Source of the DNA: an uncultured Clostridia bacterium
GTDB lineage: Bacteria; Bacillota; Clostridia; Christensenellales; Borkfalkiaceae
Direction: 5' to 3'
Assembly (NCBI GenBank): GCA_947625095.1
Contig: CANQMX010000002.1
Span: 58,429-122,428, forward strand
Length of the DNA stretch: 64,000 nucleotides
The position numbers and the translations under genes were made by a program. The notes below the pieces were generated by a model. That model made no database searches, had not been told where the DNA came from, and saw only the letters and a list, made by a program, of their open reading frames with translations. Positions within the stretch are counted from its first letter, which is position 1; each line of letters starts with the position of its first letter. Shown here one piece after another: positions 18,598 through 29,864 of the stretch.

Positions 18598-20727
18598 TCA
18601 GTTGCTTAAACGGCGGACGGCGAGGATGCGGGGCTGGGCGGAGATCTTGCCGATGAGGCCTTCGATCTGCTGGCGGCTGCGAAGCGAAACTGTGACTTCC
18701 ACGACGGCATCGCCCGCCTTTTCGTACCTGCCGTTGATGGAGACGAGGTTCAACTTCATTTCGCTGACCGACTGCGAGATGGCGGAAAGCGCCGCGCCCT
18801 GCTCTTCGGCATACACGACGATGGCCGCCTTGAACTGCGCCTCGCCCTCCCGCTCGATCCATTCGGCGGGTTGCAGGCGCGCCTCTTCCGCGTTCTTCAA
18901 ATTGGGGCAGTCCTTGCGGTGCACGACGATGCCGCGCCCCCGCGTGACGTAGCCCACGATATCATCGCCCGGCACGGGCGAACAGCACCCCGCAAACGAG
19001 ACGAGAAGGCCGCTCATCCCCTTGACGGTGACGGCGCCCCGCGCGTTCTTTTCCTTGAACGGCTGCAAGGTGACGACGGCGGGGGATTCCCGCTTGAAAA
19101 AGTCGACAAGTTTGAAAAAGACCTGATTGACGGAGATCGCGCCGTAGCCGATGGCAGAGAACATCTCGTCCTGCGTATCGAAGGAGAGCTTTTCCGATAC
19201 CTTTGCAAAACTTTCGGGCGTGAGAAGTTCGGAAAGGGTGTATCCCTTCTTCTTGGCGGCCTCCTCCAAAAGGCTCTTGCCGAGGCGGATATTTTCCTCC
19301 TTCATCGCCTTTTTGTAGAACGCCTTTATCTTGGCGCGCGCCGAGGGGGATTTGACGAATTTGAGCCAATCGCGCGAAGGGCCTTTGCTCGACGGCGAGG
19401 TGATGATCTCGACGACGTCGCCGAGTTCCAGCGTGGAATTGAGGGGAACTATCTTGCCGTTTACCTTTGCGCCCGTGCACTTGTTGCCCACCTCCGAGTG
19501 GATGGCGTAGGCGAAGTCGACGGGCGTTGCGCCGACGGGAAGCGAAATGACCTTGCTGTGCGGCGTGAACACCAGAAGTTCGGTGCTGTACAGTTCCTGC
19601 TTGACGGAATCCATGAATTCCTTAGAATCGCGGATGCCGCCCTGCAATTCCATCATCTCGCGGATCCATGCGATGCGGGCGTCGAGCGACGTATCCTCAT
19701 CGCGGTGCTCCTTGTACTTCCAATGCGCCGCGATACCGTATTCCGCCGTGCGGTGCATCTCCTCCGTTCTTATCTGAATTTCGAACGGCTGGCCGAAGTT
19801 GGTGACGACGGTAGTGTGCAGCGACTGGTACATATTGGGCTTGGGGGTGGCGATATAGTCCTTGATGCGCCCCGGGACGGGCTTCCACTCCTTGTGGATC
19901 TTGCCCAGCACTTCGTAGCACTCATCCACCGTGCCCACGATGACGCGAACGGCCGTGAGATCGTAGATCTGATCGAGCGTCCTCCCCTTATCCTTCATCT
20001 TTTTATAGATGGAATAGAAGTGCTTTGGCCGCCCGAATACCTCGCCCGAGATGTTGCTCTCCGTGAGGATATCGTTGATCTGCGAGACGACAAAATCGAC
20101 GAAGCGCATCCGCTCATCGAGTTTTTGGTGGATGTTTTCGACGAGAAATTCAAACGCCGCGGGGTCGAGATATTTGAGGCACAGATCTTCGAGTTCGCAC
20201 TTGATCTGGCTGATGCCGAGACGCCCCGCGATGGGCGCGTAGATATCCAAGGTCTCGCGCGCCATGCGCTGCTGCCGCTCCGCCGAGAGATAGTTGAGCG
20301 AACGCATATTGTGCAGACGGTCGGCAAGTTTTATGATGATGACGCGGATATCCTTCGCCATGGCGATGAAGATCTTGCGGAAGTTTTCCGCCTCCTCTTC
20401 CTCGTGCGACTTGAACACGAACCGATCGAGATTGGTGACGCCCGAGACGAGGGACAGAACTTCCTCGCCGAATTCGCGGCGGATATCCTCCTCGGTGGCG
20501 GGGGTATCTTCGATGACGTCGTGCAGGAGCGCGCCCGCGATGGTTTCGGCATCCAGCCCCAACTCCACCAAAATTTCGGCGACGGCGCAGGGATGGATGA
20601 AGTACGGCTCGCCCGAGGCACGCTTTTGGTTTTTGTGCGCATTCTCGGCAAAATCATATGCATGGAGGAGCATATTGCGGTCGTCCCCCGTGTAATGTTC
20701 ATAGATCTTCATGAGAATGGCGTCCAT
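18598..20727 (-). CDS. rel: Bifunctional (p)ppGpp synthetase/hydrolase Rel (RelA/SpoT family)
   Basis: 709 aa; N-terminal HD hydrolase (ALLHDVIEDT), synthetase, TGS and C-terminal ACT regions in canonical order. Confidence 0.95.
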   Translation of the reverse strand: MDAILMKIYEHYTGDDRNMLLHAYDFAENAHKNQKRASGEPYFIHPCAVAEILVELGLDAETIAGALLHDVIEDTPATEEDIRREFGEEVLSLVSGVTNLDRFVFKSHEEEEAENFRKIFIAMAKDIRVIIIKLADRLHNMRSLNYLSAERQQRMARETLDIYAPIAGRLGISQIKCELEDLCLKYLDPAAFEFLVENIHQKLDERMRFVDFVVSQINDILTESNISGEVFGRPKHFYSIYKKMKDKGRTLDQIYDLTAVRVIVGTVDECYEVLGKIHKEWKPVPGRIKDYIATPKPNMYQSLHTTVVTNFGQPFEIQIRTEEMHRTAEYGIAAHWKYKEHRDEDTSLDARIAWIREMMELQGGIRDSKEFMDSVKQELYSTELLVFTPHSKVISLPVGATPVDFAYAIHSEVGNKCTGAKVNGKIVPLNSTLELGDVVEIITSPSSKGPSRDWLKFVKSPSARAKIKAFYKKAMKEENIRLGKSLLEEAAKKKGYTLSELLTPESFAKVSEKLSFDTQDEMFSAIGYGAISVNQVFFKLVDFFKRESPAVVTLQPFKEKNARGAVTVKGMSGLLVSFAGCCSPVPGDDIVGYVTRGRGIVVHRKDCPNLKNAEEARLQPAEWIEREGEAQFKAAIVVYAEEQGAALSAISQSVSEMKLNLVSINGRYEKAGDAVVEVTVSLRSRQQIEGLIGKISAQPRILAVRRLSN

Positions 20728-23028
20728 TTATGCCTCCTCTTGCAGCCGTACGACGGCATTATAGATGGAAGAGCGGCCGAGTTCCGTCTTGACGCCGCGG
20801 AAGACGCGAAGCCTGCCGTTCTCCCGCGAGAGAAGCCCCAGCTCCTCGAATACGGCGAGCGCAAACAGCGTCTGCTCCTCCCCGAGACCCAGCCCCTGCG
20901 CGGTGGCGGAACGGGCGAGTTCGGAGTAGGTATCCCCCTCGAGGCGGGCATTGCGGATAGCGGCGAACGCCTCCAACAGCGCGGCGCGGGAGGCATCCAG
21001 CCCCAGAAGTGCGCGGTAGCCGCAGAGATCTTTGCAGGCGACGACGCGCGCAGCGCCAACCACCGCTTCCTCCGCGGGGGGAGAATCGAGGTAGACGACT
21101 TCGCGGAAGGAGGCGAGGTCGCAGCCCGCCTCGGGCGCGTAGAGAAGAATGTTGGCCGCGCCCTGCGACGAGGGGCGGAATACATCGACGGGAAGCCCCT
21201 TTGCGGCGGGGTAATGGTTGAGGGTCGCGCGGTCGTGAAAGACGGCGCAGAGGCCGTAGGCGCACGCGGCGGTGCGCTCTGCGATCAAGTTATTGACCTC
21301 CTCGGCGGAAAGTTTTTCCGCACGCAGGGGGCGGTTGCCCGCCGCGAGGAGCATATTTTCAAACGCCTCCGCTTCGCCGCCCGCTTCCCCTTCCGCAACG
21401 GCGGCGCGGACATACCCCTTGAGCGTCTCCCGACCCTTGTAACGGGAGAGGTTCAATTCGAACACGAGCTGCTTTTTGACGTCGCTTTTGAGGAGTTTGA
21501 GGTCGTTTGCGCCGTTGAAATACATGAAGGGAATTCCCGCCGCCGCGAACGAGACGTGCGGCGAGAGCGGACGGAGGAGCGAAGCTTCGAGCGCACCCGC
21601 CTCCACCGCGAAGAGCGGACGGCGGTTGCCCACCCCGAAGGGTTCGAGCATGGCGATCTCCCGCGCGACGCGCTCGGGGTCGTCCGCAAGTTCGCAGACG
21701 GGAAGAGAGGGCGTGAAATCTTCGCGCGCGTAGTGGCTTTGGATATAGGAGTTGAGCGATCTTTTGAAATCTTCGAACTTCTCCGCGCGGACATTGACGC
21801 CCGCAGCCTGCGCGTGGCCGCCGAATTCTTCGATCTCTTCGGCGCAGCCTTTGAGCGCTTCGAAGATGTTGACGCTCTCGATGGAGCGCGCGCTGCCCTT
21901 TAACATTTCGCCGTGGCGCACGAAGAGAAGGGCGGGACGGGCGTACTCCTCCGCGATGCGCGCCGCCACGATGCCCACAAAGCCCGCGTTCCAGCGCTCC
22001 GCCGCCAGCACAACGACGCTATCGAACGCCCCCTCCTCGCGGATGAGCGCGTGCGCCTGCGCCTGCAATTCATCGCAACAGCGCTGGCGCTCGGAGTTGT
22101 AGAGGTTGAGTTTTTCGGCGAGGGCGTAGATCTCCTCCTCGTTTTCGGTCGTGAACATTTGAAGGGCGGCGTGCGCATCCCCCATCCTGCCCGCCGCGTT
22201 GATGCGCGGCGCGATGGAAAAGGCGAGGGTCTGCGCGGAGACCTCCCTCTCCCCCATCAGCGCGGAAAACGCGGGGCGGGGGGCGCTTTCGATGCGCTTT
22301 AAGCCCTCGGCGACGATATCGCGGTTTTCGCCCAAGAGGGGCACGCTGTCCGCCACCGTGGAGAGCGCGGCGAAGTCCAATAAATCATATGCCGCCTCGC
22401 CGATGAGCGCGCAAGCGAGTTTGAAGGCGACGCCCGCGCCGCAGAGATTATCGTAGGGGTAGTCATCCCTGAACTTGGGGTTGACGGTGACGCAATCGGG
22501 GAGATTTTCGGGCAGTTCGTGGTGGTCGGTGACGATGACGTATGCGCCCTGCTCCTTGATGTACTCCACCTCCGCCGCGTTGGAGATGCCGCAGTCCACC
22601 GTGACGACGAGGTCGGGCAGAAATTCATCGAAAATTTTATCGAGGGCGGCGACGGACATCCCATAGCCGTCGCTGCGCTCGGGCACGAAGAGGTACGGCT
22701 CGACGCCGAAGCGCTTTAAGGCGCGGGACAGAATGGCGCAGGCGCCGATGCCATCCGCATCGTAGTCGCCGTACACCGCGACCCGCCAGCCCTCGTCCCG
22801 CGCGCGCGTAATGAGTTCGACCGCCTCCTTCATGCCCTTCATGAGGAAGGGAGAGAGGAAGCGCTCCCGCGAGGGGTGCAGAAATGCCCGCATCTTTTCC
22901 GCCGTATCCTGCCCGCGCGCGAAAAGAAGGCTCGCCGTCGTCTCCGTGAGAGATAACTCCGCGGCGAGGGCGCGCACCGTTTGCAGTTGTTCGGGCGAAA
23001 AATCATATTCGCGGACGAGTTTTTTCAT
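20728..23028 (-). CDS. recJ: Single-stranded-DNA-specific exonuclease RecJ
   Basis: 766 aa; DHH motifs (VYGDYDADGIGA, DHH-like TDHHE); recJ-rel synteny. Confidence 0.92.
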   Translation of the reverse strand: MKKLVREYDFSPEQLQTVRALAAELSLTETTASLLFARGQDTAEKMRAFLHPSRERFLSPFLMKGMKEAVELITRARDEGWRVAVYGDYDADGIGACAILSRALKRFGVEPYLFVPERSDGYGMSVAALDKIFDEFLPDLVVTVDCGISNAAEVEYIKEQGAYVIVTDHHELPENLPDCVTVNPKFRDDYPYDNLCGAGVAFKLACALIGEAAYDLLDFAALSTVADSVPLLGENRDIVAEGLKRIESAPRPAFSALMGEREVSAQTLAFSIAPRINAAGRMGDAHAALQMFTTENEEEIYALAEKLNLYNSERQRCCDELQAQAHALIREEGAFDSVVVLAAERWNAGFVGIVAARIAEEYARPALLFVRHGEMLKGSARSIESVNIFEALKGCAEEIEEFGGHAQAAGVNVRAEKFEDFKRSLNSYIQSHYAREDFTPSLPVCELADDPERVAREIAMLEPFGVGNRRPLFAVEAGALEASLLRPLSPHVSFAAAGIPFMYFNGANDLKLLKSDVKKQLVFELNLSRYKGRETLKGYVRAAVAEGEAGGEAEAFENMLLAAGNRPLRAEKLSAEEVNNLIAERTAACAYGLCAVFHDRATLNHYPAAKGLPVDVFRPSSQGAANILLYAPEAGCDLASFREVVYLDSPPAEEAVVGAARVVACKDLCGYRALLGLDASRAALLEAFAAIRNARLEGDTYSELARSATAQGLGLGEEQTLFALAVFEELGLLSRENGRLRVFRGVKTELGRSSIYNAVVRLQEEA

Positions 23029-23040
23029 GCACCTTTTCCT

Positions 23041-23068
23041 ATATAAAACGGCGGGAAAAACCCGCCGT
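23041..23068 (-). terminator. Rho-independent terminator after secF
   Basis: Minus strand acggcggg-ttttt-cccgccgt followed by tttatata. Confidence 0.6.
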
Positions 23069-23085
23069 CCGTATTATTTTTGCGA

Positions 23086-24081
23086 TCAGTTTTCCGGTTC
23101 TTCGGGCTTTTCCGCCTTCTTCTTGCCGAAGTAGCGGGGCTTGTGCTTTGCCGAGAACTTATCGAATGCCGTCTTGACGGGAATGTGCAGGGCGGGCGCC
23201 AACAGGAGCGAGGAATACGACGCGACGGCGACGGGAAGCATGGCGGGAAGCAGGAACAGCCGAACGCCCGCTGCCGCTACGCCGCCCGCAACGGCAAAGA
23301 CCGCAACGCTCACGGCGGCGAGGATAGCGATCTTCTTCCAACTCCCCTCCCATGCGTAGGCGACGGCATCCGCGGCCTCCAAAGAGCGCAGAGCGGGGTC
23401 TTTTTTCGCATCGCGCAGTTTCATGCACTGCAACAGCCAGAACACGAGGGAGAATACCGCCGCGATCGTGGCAAAGAGCAGGGGCGCATAGGCGTATGTG
23501 GGGATGCGGGCGATCGCAAAGAGCGCGACCGTGAACACCGCATCGTGCGCGGCGAGGCACAGCCCTGTGAGCGCGCACCCCACGCCGAAGCGGAAACCGA
23601 TGTAGATGAGACCCACGACGACCCCTACCGTCAAGGCGACCGCGCCCCGCCATGTGGGTTCGTAGTAGATATCCGAGACGTTATCGATTTTGTGATAGGC
23701 GACGCGCACATTCCCATCAGGGAAGGCGGTCTGTGCCTCGGTCGTGATGGCCTGCTGCGCGGCTTCGAGTTTTTCCACCGAGCAATCGGCAGGCAAGATG
23801 TAGGAGATGAGCGTCATATCGAGGGTGGAATCGTAGCCGTCCTGACGGTCGGTGACGCCGACATCTTTGAGCGCGGCATCGCAGATGCCCTCGAGTTTTT
23901 CCACCTTTGCGGGGTCGATCTCCACCGAGACATCGTAGCTCACTTCGACGGTGTAGCCCTTCTTGCGGTCGGGCGAGGTGTTGAAGCCGAGAAGGCAGGT
24001 AAGAATGATGCCCGCAATGATGACGGCGGCGGAGATCGCCAGCCAGACGGGCAGAAGTTTATAGATACGTTTAGTCTTCAT
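23086..24081 (-). CDS. secF: Protein translocase subunit SecF
   Basis: 331 aa, C-terminal six-TM block, overlaps the secD stop; secD-secF order. Confidence 0.85.
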   Translation of the reverse strand: MKTKRIYKLLPVWLAISAAVIIAGIILTCLLGFNTSPDRKKGYTVEVSYDVSVEIDPAKVEKLEGICDAALKDVGVTDRQDGYDSTLDMTLISYILPADCSVEKLEAAQQAITTEAQTAFPDGNVRVAYHKIDNVSDIYYEPTWRGAVALTVGVVVGLIYIGFRFGVGCALTGLCLAAHDAVFTVALFAIARIPTYAYAPLLFATIAAVFSLVFWLLQCMKLRDAKKDPALRSLEAADAVAYAWEGSWKKIAILAAVSVAVFAVAGGVAAAGVRLFLLPAMLPVAVASYSSLLLAPALHIPVKTAFDKFSAKHKPRYFGKKKAEKPEEPEN

Positions 24082-25609
24082 CGTCTTCGACCTCCACTCT
24101 CTTGAAGTTGCAGAATTTACCCTGCTTGTTGGTGAAGCGCATCATGATCGCCCACATGAACCTGCCCACGGCGAGCGCGCAGATACCCGAGAAGAGCGTG
24201 CACAGCCCGAGCATGAAGGCAAAGCCCGAAAGTTGGGTGAGCGCGATGGCGTAGGTGATGAAGGAGACGCCCGCCACCACGATGTGCAGATCGAAGATGT
24301 GCCAGAAGCACTTTTTGTAGGCGTTCTTGACGGCGGCGGCGACCGTTTTCCCCGCGGCGTATTCCTTCCGCGCGTTCTCGTAGACGATGGCCTGCGAGGC
24401 GGAGAGGAGCACCGAGGCGAGGAGCACCGCCGCAAACGTGCCCGTGGAGATGGTGATGAACGAGAGACTCCACATACACAGAAGAGTGACGAGCAGGAAC
24501 AGTAGATAGGTGTACAGGTGGACAAAGCCGAGAAGGCCGTACCGCACGAAGAAGAACACCATCATCGCCACAAAGAGAACGCCGAACGCGATGTACATAT
24601 AGACGAGCGCGCTGTCGCCGTAGAGGGCGCGCATGGTGGCGATGGAATCGACATTGAGCGTGAACGTATCGCCGCCGAATACTTCGGAGGCGGGAACTTG
24701 CGCGTTCGCCGTGCTATCGATGAGAATGGCGAGCGCCTGCGCCGCTTCCGCCGTGAACGGGCTGGAAGGATTGCTGATGTAGAGGCGGTCGTCCTCGATG
24801 GCGGAGGTGATGGAGAGCGAGATGACGGTGTTTTCCCCCACCTTGAAAAAGAGGGTGCCCGAACCGCTGTCGGCAACATCGGCCGTGCGGGAGGCGAGAC
24901 GATCCTTGCCCTCCGAAGTGAAACTGATGACGACATAATGCGTGCCGTCGCCATCCGTAGCCGTGGCAGCGCCCTTTACATAGTCCCCTATGCTCTTGCC
25001 CGCGGCGGGAAGCGCCGTGGTCGCCGAGGCTTCATCCGAACCGTACCGCACTTCGAGGTCGCCCATATACGAGAAGAGCGAGAACGTAGAGGTGTAGGCG
25101 GTCGCCGTGGACGCCGACTGCGGCACAAAGACGCGGAGCGCGTAGTTATCGACGACGTCGATGCGGATATTTTCGATGTTCATGCGCTCGTAGCGCTCGA
25201 CGAGCCTGTCCTTCGCGTAGTTGAACTTGGCGATGAACTCTTCCGTCACTTTGCCGTTCGCATCGAGATTTTCCTTTGCGTCGTAGTAGAGGTTGCCGAC
25301 CTTTTTGTACTTTTCGGCGTACTCGTCCTTTTCGGCGCCCTCCGGCATCCCGGCGAGGTTATCCGTAAATTCCGCCGCCGAAATGACCCCTTCGGGGTAG
25401 AACGTGGCGGTGTATCCGCCGCCGCGGTACGACTCGTTCGCGCCGTACTCCACGCCGAGGTTCGCATCCTTATCGATCCACGTCACGACGGGGTCGAACT
25501 GCGTGATGCTGCCGCCCCCCGCAGGGAGCGCCACGAAACAAATGAAGCTCAAAGCGGCGATGATGAGCGTTGCAAGCACGAGACAGATCGCCGATTTTAC
25601 CTTTCCCAT
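24071..25609 (-). CDS. secD: Protein translocase subunit SecD
   Basis: 512 aa, N-terminal TM, large periplasmic-type domain, C-terminal multi-TM block; directly upstream of secF. Confidence 0.8.
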   Translation of the reverse strand: MGKVKSAICLVLATLIIAALSFICFVALPAGGGSITQFDPVVTWIDKDANLGVEYGANESYRGGGYTATFYPEGVISAAEFTDNLAGMPEGAEKDEYAEKYKKVGNLYYDAKENLDANGKVTEEFIAKFNYAKDRLVERYERMNIENIRIDVVDNYALRVFVPQSASTATAYTSTFSLFSYMGDLEVRYGSDEASATTALPAAGKSIGDYVKGAATATDGDGTHYVVISFTSEGKDRLASRTADVADSGSGTLFFKVGENTVISLSITSAIEDDRLYISNPSSPFTAEAAQALAILIDSTANAQVPASEVFGGDTFTLNVDSIATMRALYGDSALVYMYIAFGVLFVAMMVFFFVRYGLLGFVHLYTYLLFLLVTLLCMWSLSFITISTGTFAAVLLASVLLSASQAIVYENARKEYAAGKTVAAAVKNAYKKCFWHIFDLHIVVAGVSFITYAIALTQLSGFAFMLGLCTLFSGICALAVGRFMWAIMMRFTNKQGKFCNFKRVEVEDDED

Positions 25610-25681
25610 TGTCTCCTCCTATCTTGAAACGCGGGCAAGACCCGCACGGAATATTTCCCTTTGGAAAAACCCACTTTCTAC

Positions 25682-25710
25682 ATTATATAAGAAAGGCGCG
25701 CGGCAGTCAA
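25682..25710 (-). promoter_or_regulatory. Putative secDF promoter
   Basis: Minus strand TTGACT-17 nt-TATAAT, about 70 nt upstream of secD ATG 25609. Confidence 0.55.
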
Positions 25711-25742
25711 GCCGAAACGCCCTTTTTTTCGCATTTTTTCGC

Positions 25743-27044
25743 TTATTTTTCGCGCGATCTTCGCTCCGCCAAGGCGTGCATCCCACATTCGATGCGCTTT
25801 TTCATCATGGCGCAGGTGATGGGATACGGCTCGTTGATATCCCCGCAGAAGTGATAGTTGTTCGCATTGCACCCGCCCGAGCAGATGAACTTTGCAAAAC
25901 AGTCCTCGCACTTCTTGCGCGTAAAGAGGCAGTTGGTGGCGAATTTTTCGCGCAAGTCCGCCCGCTCCACGCCCGTAAACACGCTGCCCATGCGCCACTC
26001 CTTCTCCCCCGCGAACTGGTGGCAGGGGTAGAGATCGCCGCTCGGGAGCACCGAAAAGTACTCGTTGCCCGCGCCGCACGCCGAGACGCGCTTTTCAAGA
26101 CACGGCCCGCCTTCGAGGTCGACGTTGAAGTGGAAAAAGTTGAAATAGCGCCCCTCCGCCTCGCGCTTTATGTACTCGTCGCAGAGTTTTTCGTACTCCG
26201 CGCATATTTGCGGGAGGTGCTCCTCTCTGATGGCGAGGTCGGGGATATCGGTGACGACGGGTTCCATGGAGAGGGAATCAAAGCCCTCATCGGCGAGGAA
26301 CAAAACGTCGTTGGAAAAATCGAGGTTCTTGGCCGTGAACGTGCCGCGGACATAGTAGTGCTTGTCCCCGCGCATCTTGACGAAGTTTTTGATCTTATCG
26401 ATGACGAGGGCGAAACTCCCCTTTCCATTCGCCGTCTTGCGGACGGCGTCGTGCACCTCGGGGCGGCCGTCCAAAGAGAGGACGACGTTTTCCATCTCCT
26501 CGTTCAGAAATTCCGCCCGCTCGCCGTCCAAAAGGAGGCCGTTGGTCGTCGTCGTGAAGAGAAATTTTTTGCCGCGCTTTTGGGCTTCTTCCTTGGCGTA
26601 GAGCACCGTCTCTTTGAGCACGCCGAAGTTCATGAGCGGCTCGCCGCCGAAAAAGTCCATTTCGAGCACCTTGCGGTCGCCGCTCTCGCGGATGAGGAAG
26701 TCGACGGCCGCCTTGGCGACGGAAAAGGGCATCATCTCGCGCGCGGCGTGATAGGCGCCCTCATCGGCAAAGCAGTACTTGCAGCGAAGGTTGCAATCGT
26801 GGCAGATGTGGAGGCACAATGCCTTTGCCGCGTGCGACTTGATGGGGCGCGCCTTGGTTTCGGGTGCGCCGAGAAGCCCCGCCCGTTTCAGCGCGTCGAT
26901 CTCGGCGAGTTCCTCTTTTGTCATGGAGACAGGCTCGCCCGAGAGGTAGCGCGCAGTTTTTTCATCGCACTCGTGCAGGCTTCCGCTGCCCGAATCGTAG
27001 ACGTAGTGTTTTTCGTGATAGCAAAAGGTGTGGATCATACTCAA
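25743..27044 (-). CDS. scfB: Radical SAM/SPASM thioether-forming SCIFF peptide maturase
   Basis: CxxxCxxC (CNLRCKYC), C-terminal Cys-rich SPASM region; immediately downstream of a SCIFF precursor. Confidence 0.88.
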   Translation of the reverse strand: MSMIHTFCYHEKHYVYDSGSGSLHECDEKTARYLSGEPVSMTKEELAEIDALKRAGLLGAPETKARPIKSHAAKALCLHICHDCNLRCKYCFADEGAYHAAREMMPFSVAKAAVDFLIRESGDRKVLEMDFFGGEPLMNFGVLKETVLYAKEEAQKRGKKFLFTTTTNGLLLDGERAEFLNEEMENVVLSLDGRPEVHDAVRKTANGKGSFALVIDKIKNFVKMRGDKHYYVRGTFTAKNLDFSNDVLFLADEGFDSLSMEPVVTDIPDLAIREEHLPQICAEYEKLCDEYIKREAEGRYFNFFHFNVDLEGGPCLEKRVSACGAGNEYFSVLPSGDLYPCHQFAGEKEWRMGSVFTGVERADLREKFATNCLFTRKKCEDCFAKFICSGGCNANNYHFCGDINEPYPITCAMMKKRIECGMHALAERRSREK

Positions 27045-27098
27045 AATAACGGCAAAAGAGCGGCGGAACTCCGCCGCTCGCCCATGTTTTGCGACCGA

Positions 27099-27251
27099 TT
27101 ACTTCTTTTCGATCTTCTGTTCGCGCGTGATGCGCTCGCAGGATTGGTTTCCAACGGTGCAGCTCGTTTTGCAGGCGGATTGGCAGGTGCTCCTGCACTC
27201 GCCGCAACCCGTGACTTTCTTTTCGGCGGGCTTTGCGATCGTCTTAATCAT
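27099..27251 (-). CDS. scfA: SCIFF (six-cysteines-in-forty-five) ranthipeptide precursor, 50 aa
   Basis: Hand translation: MIKTIAKPAEKKVTGCGECRSTCQSACKTSCTVGNQSCERITREQKIEKK; six Cys; below the ORF-track length cutoff; upstream of the maturase. Confidence 0.88.
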   Translation of the reverse strand: MIKTIAKPAEKKVTGCGECRSTCQSACKTSCTVGNQSCERITREQKIEKK

Positions 27252-27277
27252 AATGTCCTCTCCAAAAGTTTTTCTCT

Positions 27278-27306
27278 ATTATACTATGCGCCGCGCGAAA
27301 AGGCAA
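27278..27306 (-). promoter_or_regulatory. Putative SCIFF operon promoter
   Basis: Minus strand TTGCCT-17 nt-TATAAT, about 27 nt upstream of scfA ATG. Confidence 0.55.
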
Positions 27307-27314
27307 GCGTTTTT

Positions 27315-27695
27315 TTAAGTTTTGCGCAATTTAGCTCCCAAAAGCGCGCCGAGCGCACCCAAAGCCGCGCAGACGAGGATCTCGAGCAGGAAGAGAACGC
27401 TGACGGAAGCCCCTCCGCCGATGGCGGCGAACACCGCAAGCGTCACGAGCGCGGATAAAATTCCCGCAGCAACGCCCTTGAAGAGGGATTTTTCGCGGCG
27501 GATGAAGATCATGGAGAACAAAAAGACGCCCGAGCACTTGACGACCCAATTCACAGCCGTGACGACCCCCTGCGGCGGCGCGTAGGCGCGAATGAACACC
27601 GCGGCAAGGGCGAGCGCGAGCAAACTGTATACGGTGACCGCGAATACCGCCTTGAATACCTCCCAAGCGGCGCGCTTCCAAAAGATTTTGTCCAT
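27315..27695 (-). CDS. Small multi-pass membrane protein (resembles the TIGR04086-type protein often found beside SCIFF)
   Basis: Start at ATG 27693-27695 (MDKIFWKR); 126 aa, four hydrophobic helices; the track N-terminus is K/R/P-rich read-through of yajC antisense. Confidence 0.7.
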   Translation of the reverse strand: MDKIFWKRAAWEVFKAVFAVTVYSLLALALAAVFIRAYAPPQGVVTAVNWVVKCSGVFLFSMIFIRREKSLFKGVAAGILSALVTLAVFAAIGGGASVSVLFLLEILVCAALGALGALLGAKLRKT

Positions 27696-27734
27696 AAAAA
27701 AACCTCCGCAACCCAACCTATGGGTATGCGGAGG
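27696..27734 (-). terminator. Hairpin plus T-run between yajC and the next gene
   Basis: Minus strand cctccgca-(16 nt)-tgcggagg then ttttttt abutting ATG 27695; the 3' arm doubles as a GGAGG RBS. Confidence 0.55.
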
Positions 27735-27750
27735 ACAGGCAATATATGCC

Positions 27751-28218
27751 TTAATCCTGCTTTTCTTCGGGCGCTTCCTCGGGCGCGGCGGGCGCTTCCG
27801 CAGGCTCTTCGGCGGGCGTTGCGGCCTCTTCGGCGGGCTTTTCTTCCGTCTTTTCGCCCGATTTTGCCGCTTTCTTCGCCTCTTTTTCCGCACGGCGGCG
27901 GGCTTCCGCCTCCTCGCGGGCGATCTGCATCGGCCCTTTGGCATCCGTCTGGTAGATGCACTCCTTATCGATCTTCACAAAGGATTTGCCCGTCTGCTCC
28001 GAACCGGTCTCCATGACGATCGTTCCATCGTCGCACACTTCCTTGACGATGCCGCAGATGCCGCCCGTCGTCTTTACCTTGTTGCCCGGCTTGATGGCCT
28101 CGATCTGCTCCGCATATTCCTGCCTGCGTTGCTTGTTCTTCCGCCCCGAAAAGACGAAGTAGACGACGAACAGTACGATGATGATACCGAGAAAAATCCA
28201 AATCAACCAACTTTGCAT
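27751..28218 (-). CDS. yajC: Preprotein translocase subunit YajC with extended charged C-terminal tail
   Basis: N-terminal TM plus IKPGNKVKTTGGICGIVKEV YajC core; about 50 extra aa rich in E/K/A/P. Confidence 0.88.
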   Translation of the reverse strand: MQSWLIWIFLGIIIVLFVVYFVFSGRKNKQRRQEYAEQIEAIKPGNKVKTTGGICGIVKEVCDDGTIVMETGSEQTGKSFVKIDKECIYQTDAKGPMQIAREEAEARRRAEKEAKKAAKSGEKTEEKPAEEAATPAEEPAEAPAAPEEAPEEKQD

Positions 28219-28302
28219 TGAGAACTCTCCTTATGCTTTATGCCATAATGATAGCGTTTTTTTCGCGTTTTGGCAAGCTATTTTAGGGCGATTTTTGCCG
28301 TG

Positions 28303-29640
<1,338 letters not shown>

Positions 29641-29728
29641 CTATGCTTACGGGAAACAGGATTACAGATATACAAGCCCGTTTCTCATTGGTTTTGATGC
29701 GAACTCGCTTGCCCAGCACTGCTTGATA

Positions 29729-29757
29729 ATTATACCATAATTCTTACCGTTTTGCAA
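29729..29757 (-). promoter_or_regulatory. Consensus-like promoter at the prophage/chromosome junction, reading toward tgt
   Basis: Minus strand TTGCAA-17 nt-TATAAT, about 265 nt upstream of tgt ATG. Confidence 0.5.
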
Positions 29758-29864
29758 GCCTTTTGGTAGCCCTGTTGCCATAAGGAAGCGAGTTTTACGG
29801 ACTGATGATAGTTTGGTTGTCTCGTGCGCCCTGCGCCTTGTGGGGCAAATTTGGACGCCCGTAA

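Noticed and set aside
18871-21903. 1010-aa plus-strand ORF, the longest in the track
   Set aside because: It lies antisense to rel and recJ, which both have strong conserved motifs. Its translation is low-complexity and rich in R/G/A/L/D, as expected for a shadow frame in high-GC DNA. The same applies to 11354..13627 (antisense pnp), 3646..5637 and 5806..7092 (antisense smc), 25404..27458, 24518..25627, 23080..24105 and 2532..3467.
27751-27900. E/K/A/P-rich about 50-aa tail on YajC as a possible gene fusion
   Set aside because: The frame is continuous, no second start or RBS is present, and the low-complexity charged tail is plausible as a linker. The antisense ORFs over it are K/R/P-rich shadows. 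I consider it of low interest.
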